Part shown: positions 1-12,628 of the stretch, in pieces
How positions within the stretch are numbered: the first letter of the stretch is position 1
Layout: the number at the start of each line of letters is the position of its first letter
NCBI GenBank assembly: GCA_018398765.1
Contig: JAHBMJ010000204.1
Location: 1 to 54,219, forward strand
Direction of reading: 5' to 3'
Length of the DNA: 54,219 nt
DNA from: Chromera velia
Lineage: Eukaryota
Made by a program: the position numbers and the translations under genes
Notes under the pieces: model-generated
Databases searched by the model: none
What the model saw: only the letters and a program-made list of their open reading frames with translations
What the model was told of the DNA's origin: nothing

Positions 1-1074
1 GGGGGGTTCTCACTTTGTCTCCTTTCTTTTCCTTCCGTCTCCTTTCGGGGGGTTCTCACTTTGTCTCCTTTCTTTTCCTTCCGTCTCCTTTCGGGGGGTT
101 CTCACTTTGTCTCCTTTCTTTTCCTTCCGTCTCCTTTCGGGGGGTTCTCACTTTGTCTCCTTTCTTTTCCTTCCGTCTCCTTTCGGGGGGTTCTCACTTT
201 GTCTCCTTTCTTTTCCTTCCGTCTCCTTTCGGGGGGTTCTCACTTTGTCTCCTTTCTTTTCCTTCCGTCTCCTTTCGGGGGGTTCTCACTTTGTCTCCTT
301 TCTTTTCCTTCCGTCTCCTTTCGGGGGGTTCTCACTTTGTCTCCTTTCTTTTCCTTCCGTCTCCTTTCGGGGGGTTCTCACTTTGTCTCCTTTCTTTTCC
401 TTCCGTCTCCTTTCGGGGGGTTCTCACTTTGTCTCCTTTCTTTTCCTTCCGTCTCCTTTCGGGGGGTTCTCACTTTGTCTCCTTTCTTTTCCTTCCGTCT
501 CCTTTCGGGGGGTTCTCACTTTGTCTCCTTTCTTTTCCTTCCGTCTCCTTTCGGGGGGTTCTCACTTTGTCTCCTTTCTTTTCCTTCCGTCTCCTTTCGG
601 GGGGTTCTCACTTTGTCTCCTTTCTTTTCCTTCCGTCTCCTTTCGGGGGGTTCTCACTTTGTCTCCTTTCTTTTCCTTCCGTCTCCTTTCGGGGGGTTCT
701 CACTTTGTCTCCTTTCTTTTCCTTCCGTCTCCTTTCGGGGGGTTCTCACTTTGTCTCCTTTCTTTTCCTTCCGTCTCCTTTCGGGGGGTTCTCACTTTGT
801 CTCCTTTCTTTTCCTTCCGTCTCCTTTCGGGGGGTTCTCACTTTGTCTCCTTTCTTTTCCTTCCGTCTCCTTTCGGGGGGTTCTCACTTTGTCTCCTTTC
901 TTTTCCTTCCGTCTCCTTTCGGGGGGTTCTCACTTTGTCTCCTTTCTTTTCCTTCCGTCTCCTTTCGGGGGGTTCTCACTTTGTCTCCTTTCTTTTCCTT
1001 CCGTCTCCTTTCGGGGGGTTCTCACTTTGTCTCCTTTCTTTTCCTTCCGTCTCCTTTCGGGGGGTTCTCACTTT
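1..1074. repeat. Perfect 46-bp tandem minisatellite, 23 full copies plus 16 bp, running off the window start; probably intronic in the CAP gene
   Basis: Unit GGGGGGTTCTCACTTTGTCTCCTTTCTTTTCCTTCCGTCTCCTTTC recurs every 46 bp (last unit starts 1059) with no visible mismatch; a CAG acceptor follows at 1152-1154. Confidence 0.97.
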
Positions 1075-1154
1075 CCTTGATTCTCTCCAGTCACAACTTG
1101 GTTGACCCCTCCTTTTTGCACCTGTCTGTCTTGTCCTTTCACCCCCTCATGCAG

Positions 1155-3091
1155 GAGTCTTACAGCCTTCGCACCCCTTCAGCGCTGTCCGAGGCCGGGG
1201 GCAGACTCTCCAGGAGAACGCTCCGCCGCCTGCTCCAGACAGCCAATTGAACGCCTCCTTCATTTCAACTTCGTCAAACTCTCACGGTGGTATCACCGCT
1301 AATCAGACTCACACCTCCATATCCCCACCCTCGCTGGTGACCTCTGTCACTAACCAAACGATCAAAGCAGATCCCTCAAACGAGGACTCAAACAAATTCT
1401 CCTACACATGGCCCCCCTCTTCTTCTACTGGCTCAGGCTGGTCGTACACGATTCCAGGAGCCGGCACCGGGGGCGGTTATACCTACACCCCACCCACCAC
1501 AACCACTCCCACCCCTGTCTACCGCCCCCCCACTCCAACTCCAACCCGCCCCCCCACTACCACCACCCCCTCTCCCTCTCCGACGCCCTCCCCGGGAGGG
1601 GGCGGCGACTCGTCTTCTGCTGGGCGCCGCCGACTAGATCACTTCAATGAAGCCGAGGCCGCCAGAGGTCATTCCAAACTCAATCTGGACACCTCTCTTC
1701 TTCTCTCCCCTCCCCTCCTCTCCTCTGTTCTGCCCTGATTCTCAGCTAGGTGAGGGACGTCATCGAGAGAAGAGACTTTCTGTCCGCGCTCCCTCCCTCC
1801 CCACTTTCTGCAGGCAGGCCGTTCCTCTTCTTTTTTCACCTTTTTACTTTTCCGTCAAACTGCAACCCCGTTGCGTCCTTGACGGTGCTCTACCCGTCTT
1901 TTGATTTCTTTTCTTCTCAAGTTCAAGGAAAAGACTGACTCATTGACTGACTGACTGAGTGAGCCAAAAACCAACGATGCCTTGTTCATGCACACCCAAC
2001 TAACTGTCTTTCCTCTTGCCTGCCTGCTTGCAGAGATTGCCAACATCCAGAACAAGTTAAGAACGCAACACGGCCTCAAGGCACTCGCATGGGACTCCCA
2101 ACTTGCAAGTCTTGCAAAAAGCTACAGTGCATCAACGGCACTGTGCAGTAGCAGCTGGTACGGCCACTCTCCTGCAGACACACGCACGAAGGTCTGTCCG
2201 TTTTGAGAGAACAAGAGAGAGGTCAGAAGGAAGAAAGAAGAGAGTCGGGAGATGCGTGTGTGAACGACTCGTGTGCCTGTGTTCCTTCCAGAGATTCGTG
2301 ATGATGCCTTCCTTCCTTGTTGGTTCTCCTGTCCTCCCTCCTGTACGTTCTTTGCATGCGTGGTCGCCCTCGCTTCCCCTCCGTCTCGTTTCGCTCTTCT
2401 GCTCTCATCTTCGTTCTCGCGTTCTTTGTTTATGACATCCTTACTATCTCTTCTCAGAGGACACTGAATCATTCATTCAATCAATATATCAAACAAAACG
2501 TCCGAAGGAGTCAGCAAACAGACAAACAAACAAACAAACAAACAAGGAAACACACACATGCGAATGCACTTGCATCCTGGCAGGTGGGTCCATTCTTCTG
2601 GGTGGGGGAGAATCTGTGGCGACACATCGCCCCCCGCTCGGTTGATGAGGTGGTCGACGGCTGGTTCAAGGAGCACTACTGCTACAGGTGGGCATGGCAG
2701 CAACAATCTTTGAGCAAACTTCGGGAGAGGCGGGAAAGGAGTCGGCAGGAATGGGGGGGTTGAAGAAAAAAGAACGAACGGTTGAGGTTCTGTATGTTAG
2801 CTCTAGGACAAAGTGTGGGAGCCCTTTCTTGTGTATGTGTGCATGTGAGGGAGGGCGGATCTGGAGGGCTGCATGAATGGGTGCATGGTCACATGTGCGT
2901 GTGTTCAATGGGCTTGTGCAAAACGAGAGCATCGCTTTTATCTCAAGGTGCCTTTCTCCACAAAAAATAAAAGAGAGCCGATGAACGCGACACCCAAAAT
3001 TGGGGGGGAAGGGGCGTTGGGAAGATACCCTCCTGCTGTGCGGAAACAGTTCGTCTGCTTGAGAACATTCCTTTGGTAGTGGACGAAGATT

Positions 3092-3160
<69 letters not shown>

Positions 3161-4625
3161 TGTGTGTGCGCGCGCGCGCCACGATTCGCTTCCTCCCTCC
3201 CTCCTTCCTGCAGATACGGTCCTCGAGTGAATCCGCGCAACCTGGAGTGCGAATTGGATTGTGGAAGTGCATGCACGTCAGTCAGTCAGTCAGGCAGTGG
3301 AGGACTTTGGTAGGCAAGCAGGCCAACAGAACACTTGAGCAGACAGCATTTTTCTCTCTCTGTGTGGAGGGAGAAATTGGGTGAGTGGGTCGGTGTTGAT
3401 TTGCGTGTGTAATTTATTTGTCCATCCATCCATCCATCCATCCATCCATCCATCCATCCATCAGTTACTCCCTCTGTGTCTTCCACTGTTGTTCAGTGGA
3501 CACATCGGCCCATCCCTGAGGAGCTTTTGCAGGCAGGCCGCCATCCATGCAGGCCCCCTTCCACTTTTTGACTGATCGATGCTTTTGTATTCTGTCCATC
3601 TATCTTTTGGTCCGAACGACACGTGTCCTTCTGCCTGCCTGACTGGAATAGGCTTAAGCAGGCTTGGACAGAAAGGACAGGAAACAAGGCCCTGACCGTG
3701 TGCACTCATTGTCATTGTGTGTCCACGAATGCAGATCGAACAACATCGTGTGCCAAGCTGGGCATTTTCGGCAGATGTTTTATGAAGAGTAAGTGATCGA
3801 GTTGGTGGAACGTTCGTATTCAATTCTGACGGCAGAGAGCGGAAGGGGACGATAGAGAGAGATCTGTATTTTTTTTCCTTCACTTGAAGTGCAGAGGGAG
3901 GGAGGGAGGGATGTAGGTATCGCGAATTTGGTGCTGCGTCTTGGAGCCCGTGGCAACTTTGGTTGGAAGGAACTGTGAGGCACCTACGAATGACATGACT
4001 TCGATGTCCCTGCGTGACCTCGTTTTTTGTCCTCTCCGGGTTTTTGTTGTTGTGGCCTTTTGTGGAAATGTTCTCTCGTGATTTTGGTTTTTCTTTTTTC
4101 TCCTCTCCCCGACTTCTTGCACCTCCATGCTTGCAGAAACACCCACATAGGGTGTGGTGTGAGTCAATGCGGGCCTGGAGGGAGATACTGGAATGTGATC
4201 TGCAACTATGGGACAGAGGGGGGGTTCGGAATGCCTGACGTGAGTAGGAGCAATCATCTTCCCCTCTCTCCCTATCTTTATTTCACTCTCTCTTTTCGTC
4301 CTGCGTAGGAGGGGATCGATGTCTTTTGATGAACTCCAGTCTGCTCGAAATTCTTCCCAAATCCCTTTGCTGTTGTCTTGTTTGAGATTACGAATACGAA
4401 GCGAAGTACGCGTAGCAGCTCACCCTTTCCTGTTTGATTTTCTTCTTGTTCTGTTTGATTTTCTTGAACGCGAGGAGTTGCTGCATCTGTCCTAACCCGT
4501 CCTCTTGAAGCTTTGAGTTGCTCTTGTGTGCTCGAATGAAGTAGGGGGGGGAAGAGAGAGAGAGAGAGAGAGAAAGAAAGAACGAAAGAAAGAAAGAAAG
4601 AACGAAAGAAAGAAAGAAAGAACGA

Positions 4626-4665
<40 letters not shown>

Positions 4666-6260
4666 AAAAAAGAAAGAAAGAAAGAAAGAAATAAAGAACA
4701 GACCGAATGAATGAATGAATCGATGAATGAACGAATGAACAAACGATACTGTCGAGGAATCGATGGCGTGCTCCAAGTTGCAGTGAATCAATGCATCTTC
4801 ATTCTTTCCTTTGACTGCCTACGTCTCTCATTGATTCCCCCCCCGTGTGCATGCCATGCAGGTTGGAGACTACTACTTCAGCTCTGCCGTTGCCAAAAAC
4901 GTGGGGCTGAATTTCGGCCACGTGTGCTGATCGGTTGATCGATCGATGTTTTTTTCCTTTGCTGTCGGGGCCTCTACAGTGGGCTGTCGGGGCTCGATCT
5001 CGGGCGGGACCTGGGGACGGAGAAAGAGAGCTTCAGAGACGGATCGATTGATCGAGACGGACAGAGTGAGTGAGTGCGGGATTGAGTGACAGAGTGTCCA
5101 AGATTGGAATTCGTCTCGATCAGTCATCCCGTGTCGCGCTGCTTTCACTCACTTTCTTCCGTCTCGCCCCGGCATTCGTGCAGCATGCAGGCGTACTCTC
5201 CTTCTGTACGTGGGAATCCTTGCAGGCGTGCGTCTTTGGCTGTGTGTATGTGGTCGGCTCGAGTCGGTACCGTTCTTCTTGTTTGCCGCAGAGCGTGGTT
5301 TTATGAAACAAATAGTGCATGACTGCGCTGAAACAATCAATTTGTTGAGACGTTTGTTCGAGAGCACGGACACTTCTTGTCCACACAGAAGAAGAGAGAG
5401 CGGGGGGGGTTGTCAACGAACGGAAGATCGTTCGTTCAGTCCTTTTCCGAACTTTCCTGCTGATAATTTGTTTGTGCTTTGCTGTTTGTGCTGTTGGTTC
5501 TTTGTTGCTTTCACCTTGTAAGGGCAAGAATAGGTGATCGACATCTCGCTGTGTGATGCGATGACATGCATGGATAGGGGAGAGGCAGGTAAGGGACGGG
5601 AGAAGAAGTTTCCCCATCGTGTCGGATCGCTACAATTAAATGGAGACGAGAATTCGGGAAGAAAGAAAAAAGAAACAGGGGCCGCCTGGTGGTGGAGGAG
5701 GAAGAACAAAAGAGAAGATCTCGGTGCACACCACCCGAGGGAGGGTCTAATTCAACCAGCTGGATTCGGCTTTGGCAGCTACAGAAAGGGACTGTGCAGC
5801 GGGTAGAAAAAGAAAATAGGTTCAGAAGGGGAAAGGGGAATGAAGACGCCATAGTCAACTGTGGTCGTGCATCATCATCCTTCCTTCTGCTGCTTCCTTG
5901 TACTCTTTTCTTCTACCCGTTGTCAGAAAAACTTTTTCCATGCGCCTTTCTTTTCTTTTCTTTCCTTCCCCCAAATTGTTGCTCTCACTTTCTCCCACCC
6001 TCGTCACCCGGACCCATCCGTATGTTCTGAATCTCTTCCCTGTCTCTTCTTTCTTTTTTCTCCTTCTCGTTCTTCTTTTGTCTCCTCGATTGGGAGGTTT
6101 GGTTCGACTTTCCATGCGTTCAGTCCGTACAGAATTCTCCAATGCACCTCGACCCGCTCATGCAGTTCCGTTCGAAAACTATGAAATATCTCTCCTTCAT
6201 TCCCTCTCGTTTTCTCCCGTCTTCACTGCTGTCACCAGTGAGGGGACGGTCAGGAATTAA
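1155..6260 (+). CDS. CAP/SCP/PR-1 domain protein with N-terminal Pro/Thr-rich region; 5'-partial, multi-exon, 3' exons after 4239 uncertain
   Basis: Phase-compatible GT-AG exons 1155-1667, 2034-2191, 2584-2687, 3214-3276, 3735-3788, 4137-4239 splice to IANIQNKLRTQHGLKALAWDSQLASLA...GENLW...VDGWFKE...AGHFRQM...THIGCG...VICNY, which are the CAP motifs. Further candidate exons start at 4862 and about 5191; a candidate terminal exon ends at TAA 6260. Confidence 0.8.
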
Positions 6261-7264
6261 ATAAAACAGTTCATGCATGCGACGGCATCGAGACGACCGA
6301 GGGTGCCAAACGCGATTGATCAAAATGCTAGGAGTAGGGTGGGGCCCGTGACTGCCCGTCTCCATTTGCAAGTGAAACCTTCAATGCCACCAGGATCTGC
6401 CTGTGACTATAGGCCTGTGATGGAATTAGATGAAATCATGCTAGGAAATCATGGAAGCAGACGCGGACATGCTGGCAAGCTAGCTGGCAAGCAAACATGC
6501 AGTCACTCCTATTTGATGAACCTGAGCAATTTGAAGAAAGCCTAGAATTAAGAAAGCCAGAAACTATATGGTAGGTGAAAACCACTGGCATAACGATTTA
6601 TTTAACGATTACATATATCATATATATATAGTAATATATTGAAATTAATTAGGATTTTTTTGTGCACTATGAATTGAATTAAATTGAATTGAGACGGTTA
6701 AAGCCGGTGAGCCATCACTTAGGCTCTGGCCAACCATGAGATATGATATATGCAATGTTGGTTTATTAACCTAGCGCATTGACTCAATAACATAAGACAA
6801 CACGAAATCATGTTAATTTGCCTATACATTCCTCTACCGCCCCATATCTGCCAAAGGCTAGAACGATGATATAAGGGCGCAATCATTTCTCAAACTCTCT
6901 TTTCGCTCTCTTCCACTCCTCTACCAGCTAAAACAGCGACCCATTGCGCAATTCCCACACATTTCTCAATATTTTTGAATGAGCATACGCTCCTTTATTC
7001 TGCAGATTGCCCACCTGAAAGCGGCAAACGCGTACATTCGGGGGACCAAAGGAGTGCAGGGGGGGGGCTGGGAGGAAGGAGGAGTAGGCAATGCGCTGGT
7101 TATAACTGAAGGGTAGGAAGTACTTAGCAAATGCCGAAGAAGGCATTCGCATAGAGGAGCGTCAAGTATGTTATTGAGGTCGCATGAGAGGGGGAGCTAG
7201 CAGCGAGAGCAGTAACCAGGATAGAAAAAAGAGACGAAAGACGTATAGGCCAGACACTAGGAAC

Positions 7265-7928
7265 AAACTTTAAGTCAATGCAAGATCCTTTATTCTGCTA
7301 ATGAGACCGTTCAGCTTTTTTCTCTCCCTCTTTGTGTCTGCACATTCCTAGGCATATTCCGTGAGTAGGTGAATCTTATCCCAAATTTTCCGGCTATAGG
7401 AAGTTGAATAGGTCTTGTCCAGCTCACCTCTCTGCACCTAACCACCCGTCATCGCTCTTAAGAGACTGCAGGTGTTTGCAGACGATTTAACAAGAGAGTA
7501 GGACAGCGAGCGTATATGTAGATCACGTTTCCTGTGTTTGACGGACGTGACTGCTATTTCCTTTCTGCAAGAAAGAGCTAGCATGGAGAGCCTCTGTCTG
7601 GAAGGGTTCTCTCTTTGAAAGTCAGATTGAGTGAGGTACAGTGAGGGCAGCAAGAGGATGAAAGATTCTAGCTGTCTCTAGTACACTGATAATGAGGTGA
7701 CTTAACCCACCAGCTATCGTGTCCCAATGGCAAAGAGCAGTTACACTAGTTTGTGCATATGTCACGCGGTAATAGCGGTGATATACAGAGAAGAGAGTCA
7801 AGTGCACATAGGGTTGAACGCAAGCGATAGAGCAACCGTGAGAAGAGTTAAACAAAAAAGAAGAAGAAGAAGAAGAAGAAGAAGAAGAATATAATACTAG
7901 AAATTATAAAAAAACTTTAAGTCAATGC
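7265..7928 (+). mobile_element. Possible 5'-truncated, degenerate non-LTR retrotransposon remnant
   Basis: Exact 17-bp direct repeat AAACTTTAAGTCAATGC at 7265-7281 and 7912-7928; (AAG)n tract at about 7858-7889; broken + frames give ERICR and GDLTHQLSCP, loosely like a C-terminal CCHC motif. Confidence 0.35.
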
Positions 7929-8032
7929 CCGGCGTTGCCTGCCGTGGCTGTATATCATTACATTTTTTTTAAAAAAAAGTTATATACATAGTTTTTAAAC
8001 TCTTCTAATTTTTTGAATATTCAAAAGACATT

Positions 8033-8254
8033 CCTGAACCTAACTACCACTTAAAAGTTCAAGCCACATTTTTTTATAAGCTTGAAAGTCCGCACCGCAG
8101 GCGTGGATCATTTATGGTATCTTGAAAGCCAAAGCCGCATATCTGAATGGTGTGTTAACCATCTACACCGCAGACGTAGACAGTCTCTTGAAAAACGATG
8201 TTGCAGATAGAGATCATCTTGATTTTATTTTTTCAAGTGGCACTTAGGTTCAGG
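8033..8254. mobile_element. MITE-like element with 24-bp imperfect inverted repeats
   Basis: CCTGAACCTAACTACCACTTAAAA (8033-8056) matches the reverse complement of 8231-8254 (CCTGAACCTAAGTGCCACTTGAAA) at 21/24; no TSD identified. Confidence 0.5.
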
Positions 8255-10547
8255 CAGGTAATTCAAAAAAATCAATCAATTATTCAATCGGTCAGAACCT
8301 AGGTCGAGACTCAAGGCAATTTTTAGCTAAATTTTTAGAGTTACAAGCAATCTATTAAAACCTACATCAAAAGCTTCTAAACCCTCAACCTCGACCACTT
8401 ATGAGCTCTCCATGTCTTCCCACAACCTTGCTTTTTCCGTTAGAAGCGGCTGATCGTCACTCCTTCTATCCGAGTGCTACCGCTGCCGCTGTCCCTCCCT
8501 CAATGCTTACTCTTCACACCTCTCCCCTGGTGCTCCGCAGGCACCTGCTGGCTACTTTGTAGTACGCTGCCTGCATTTTTGCCTTCATGTATGCGCACAC
8601 TTGCCCGTATGTCTTATCCTACTTCAGACTCACAAGATGCAAAGAAAAATTTTTTAAAACGGTCTCCAACACTCAAACGGTCTCCGGAAATATTCAATGC
8701 CTAAATATTTTTTATAGTGTTACAACGTAATTAAAGTTAATTTAAAATGATATTTACGTCCTTAAATCATTGTTAAACAACTTAAAAGCAAGACTTTTTC
8801 CTTAAATTGATGATTTGGAACAGATTTTTTTTTTTTTGAAAAAATATTTTTTTAATTATAACGAGGGAGTAATAGTTTTGTTATGTTAACTTTAAGTAAC
8901 TTATAAGTTTTAAAAAAAGTTATGTATACAATAAATAGGAATTACAATTAAATTGTATAAATTAGAATATAGTAAATTAGCTACTAAATGAAAAATAAAG
9001 AGAAAAAAATAGTACACATCTTCTTTAGGAACATCTCGATGTCCTTTTCGAGGGCCCTATCTACACTGCTGGCGAGGGGTAAAACTGTTTTTATAGAGTA
9101 AATGAAGATATGGGACCTACTGTGGGACCATTGACGGGAGTTTAGTATACCTTTCTAAGTTGGCTGCATGCTAGGTTTGCTTATATATATACTAAAAACG
9201 TATATGCTCTCTGAGAGTCTAACATCAAACATTAAAGTATATTTAAATTATGATTAAACGCTTTGAACGGGCCGATTTGGATGCTGTATGATGATGATGG
9301 ACCCATTGATAGTGGATTTTAAGTTTAACCAAAACTTTGAATCAAAGTACCAATTTACTACTACTAAATATCCGAAGTTGATTCTCAAGCTATCAAATCA
9401 ATTTTAATTATTAATATAATTATACTACTTTAACAGCAGTTTCAATCTGTATTATCGTAAATAATACTAGATCTAGTTATGATCGAAGGGGGGGGGGGCA
9501 TTTAAGCTATGTTCCTAGCACGTCCGGCTTGTTAATATATAAAACAACTCTCCACACTTCCTATGCAGCATTGCAACACACCATTACACATGCAAGGTGA
9601 CGCAACATTACAATACATGTGTCATAACTCTTAAAACAGTTTCATATAATATTGTAATACATGGTTATACTCTTATTCTATGGCTGCGTCTGTGGCTTTC
9701 TTACTAGCTTTAATTCTTACTTAAATTCTTATGAGTTATATATCACGAGTACACCTAGTAGCTAGCCTGGTAGTGAAGAAAACTTATAAAAATAACTAAG
9801 TCTTAATCCATCCTGGACTCCCCGGACCTGGAGTCTACTGGAGTCTATCTTTTATCTATATTTTGGATTGATTGATTTATTATAACTGAATCTAGTAACT
9901 GATTGATTATAAATCTTAGATGTACCCATAGTATATATACAAAAACTCTTTGAAAATTCAACTCATTCTTTTAATTATTTCTATCCATTTTCACGACCTA
10001 TATGCAACCTGACGGAATTCAATAAAAACATTGGAGGTCATATCAAAAGCTTCCTTACCTATGTACATCAACTTGAACCGTATTTTCACAATATGAAAAG
10101 AAAAAAATATAACCCTAGCTCCTGCATCACTAGCTTAAACAAATTTTGTCCAGTCACTGCAGCAGAGCGACAACTTTTTCGTGGTCACCTAGGTAGTCAC
10201 ACGCTCTGGCATTGTGAAGGGGGGTGCACCCGCTCTGCAAGCAACAACCGTGTGGAACCAATGTATGAAACCTGTCCCATATCTGTACGTATTCACGATA
10301 TTATGCATGCACAGCAGACCTAAATAGAGCTATTACATGATCTAAATGACCCTATGCTTCTGCTCTTTTCTACACCGACTGCAGAAAGAGGAGCACATGT
10401 GTCTTCTGCCACATCTGCCGGCTCATGCATTTATCTTCATACAAAAAAAGAAAAAGAATTCTGTATATGAATAAATGCAAAAAATCTTTAGCCACATCTG
10501 CCGGCTCAAAAAGTTAAACAGGATCATGAACAGATAGGGACACTCCA

Positions 10548-12445
10548 GAGTCCAAACCGAAAAAAAGTCTCTGCTCAGTCAACCAGCCACAAAATAGGAT
10601 CGGGGCACGGAAAGGAACTGGATAAAAAAGAAGAAAACTCACTTTGGTTGCCTTGTCCTTATCCGCCCCTGCCGTAACAAGGATCGAAACGACCGCATCG
10701 TGGCCTCCAGAAGCGGCGATGTAGAGCAGTGTCTCCCCATACTGCAGCAGCAAAAAGATATCATCCATCAGGCTGACAATTTTTGAAATCGAAACACTGT
10801 GAGCACATCGCAAAGAGATTAAAGGAAGAAGAACACGAAGTACCACTGTCACCCGATGCAATCTGTTGACTGTCCGTTTAATCTATCAACAATTCATGGA
10901 AGGACCGAGAAACTCTGAAAAAGAAATGAACAATATCTCACATACTTCAAACGATACAATTCAGAATAGTAGAATCAGAGGTGCAGAATACAGGTACGCG
11001 TCGAGAAAGAATAACGGAAAGAGAAAAAAAAGGAGACTCAAGTCGTCTGCTTCATCCTTATCCACCCCCTGATCTGCCCCTGCCTCAAGCAGGATCAATA
11101 CTACGGTACCATGGCCACACTTAGCTGCGATGTAGAGCGGAGTTTTCCCTGACTGCATGCATGAAAAAAAAGTATTATCCATGGAAAAGAACATAAAAAG
11201 ACACCGCACAGCCTAAAGTGAAAAAAGGTCTCTGCTTAGTCAAGCAGCCACAAAATGGCATCGGGGCACGGAAGGGAACTGGATAAAGAAGAAAAAAACT
11301 CACTTCGGTTGCCTTGTCCTTATCCACCCCTGCCGCAACAAGGATCGAAACGACCGTATCGTAGCCTCTAAAAGCGGTGACGTAGAACGGCGTTGACCCA
11401 CTCTGTAGCAGCAAAAAGACAATGTCATCATCGGTCAGGCTGACAAATCGAAACACTGCAGGCATACTGTAAAACAATTGGTGAAAAATTGGAGAGGGCA
11501 TGCCAGTGTTACCCGACGCAATGTGCTGACTATCTGTTCGATCCATCAGCAATTAATTGAAAGACCAAGGAACTCTGATAAAGAAATGAACAAGATCTCA
11601 CATACTTCAAACGATAAAATTCAGAATAGCAGAATCAGAGATGCAGAATATAGGTACGCGTCGAGAAAGAACAAGGGAAAGAGGAAAAAGAGGACTCATA
11701 TTGGTTGCCTTGTTCTGATCCGCCCCTGCCTCAAGCAGGATCGACACTACGGTGCCGAGGCCATGCTTAGCTACGATGTAGAGCGGAGTTGCCCCTGACT
11801 GCATGCATAAAAAAAGTGTTATCCACCAAGAGGAACAGAAAAAGACACCTAAGAGCCCAAATAAAAAAAAAGTTTCTGTTCAGTCAATCAGTCATAGACT
11901 GGAATCGGGGCATAGAAAGAAACTGGATGAAGAAAAAGAAGACTCACTTCGGTTGCTTTGTCCTTATCCGCCCCTGCCGCAAGCAGGATCGATACGACTG
12001 TATCGTGGCCTCTAAAAGCGGCGGTATAGAGGGGCTTGCGCCCAGTCTGCAACAGTAAAACGGGATCATCGGTCAGGCTGACAAATTGAAACACTGCAGG
12101 CACACTTCAAAAAAATCGAAGGAAATTTGGAGAGGATGTGCCAGTGTCACCCGACGCAATCTGCTGACTGTTTGTTCGATCCATCAGCAATTCAGGAAAG
12201 GACCGAGGAACTCTGACAAAGAAATAAACAACATCTCACATACTGTAAACGATAAAAATGAGAACAGCAGAATCAAAGATGCAAAATACAGGTACGTGAC
12301 GAGAAAGAACAGTTAAGGGGAAGAGGAAAAAAAAGACTCACGTCGTCTGCCTGGTCCTTCTCCGCCCCTGCTTCAAGAAGCAGCGAAACGGTAGTATCGC
12401 AGCCATAAAAGGCTGCAGTGAAGAGTGGCGACTGCCCATCTTGCA
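10548..12445 (-). repeat. Three tandem copies of a roughly 650-bp two-exon/two-intron unit
   Basis: Homologous intron text recurs (e.g. ATCTCACATACT at about 10935, 11595, 12233; AGGTACG near 10991, 11652, 12290); spacings between equivalent exons are 642-661 bp. Confidence 0.9.
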
Positions 12446-12628
12446 GGAACAAAGAGGAGCCATGCACAAGACTGCATGCCAAACGGAGAAACTGCAAGCA
12501 GACTAACCCCCTTTATTGCTACACTTCCCTTCGCACAGCCTGCCTGAAGGAGGTCCGAAGGTGCATGTACGGTGATTCAACAAAATGTACTATTTGAGCT
12601 GCGCGGGATCTACGAGAGGGAATGCGAG

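Noticed and set aside
1..1074. 46-bp array as a telomere or CRISPR array
   Set aside because: No spacers, no telomere-like short unit, and a spliced exon follows within 80 bp.
15..1250. Three long overlapping + ORFs (411, 339, 332 aa)
   Set aside because: Artefact of a stop-free 46-bp repeat read in all three frames.
1747..1750. Possible 4-nt microexon CTAG between CAG and GTGAGG in the CAP gene
   Set aside because: Including it breaks the frame of the 1667-2034 junction.
8400..8575. Weak ankyrin-like peptides on the minus strand (GRTAAAVA, AASNGKSKVV)
   Set aside because: Several stops and similarity too weak to assign as a terminal exon.
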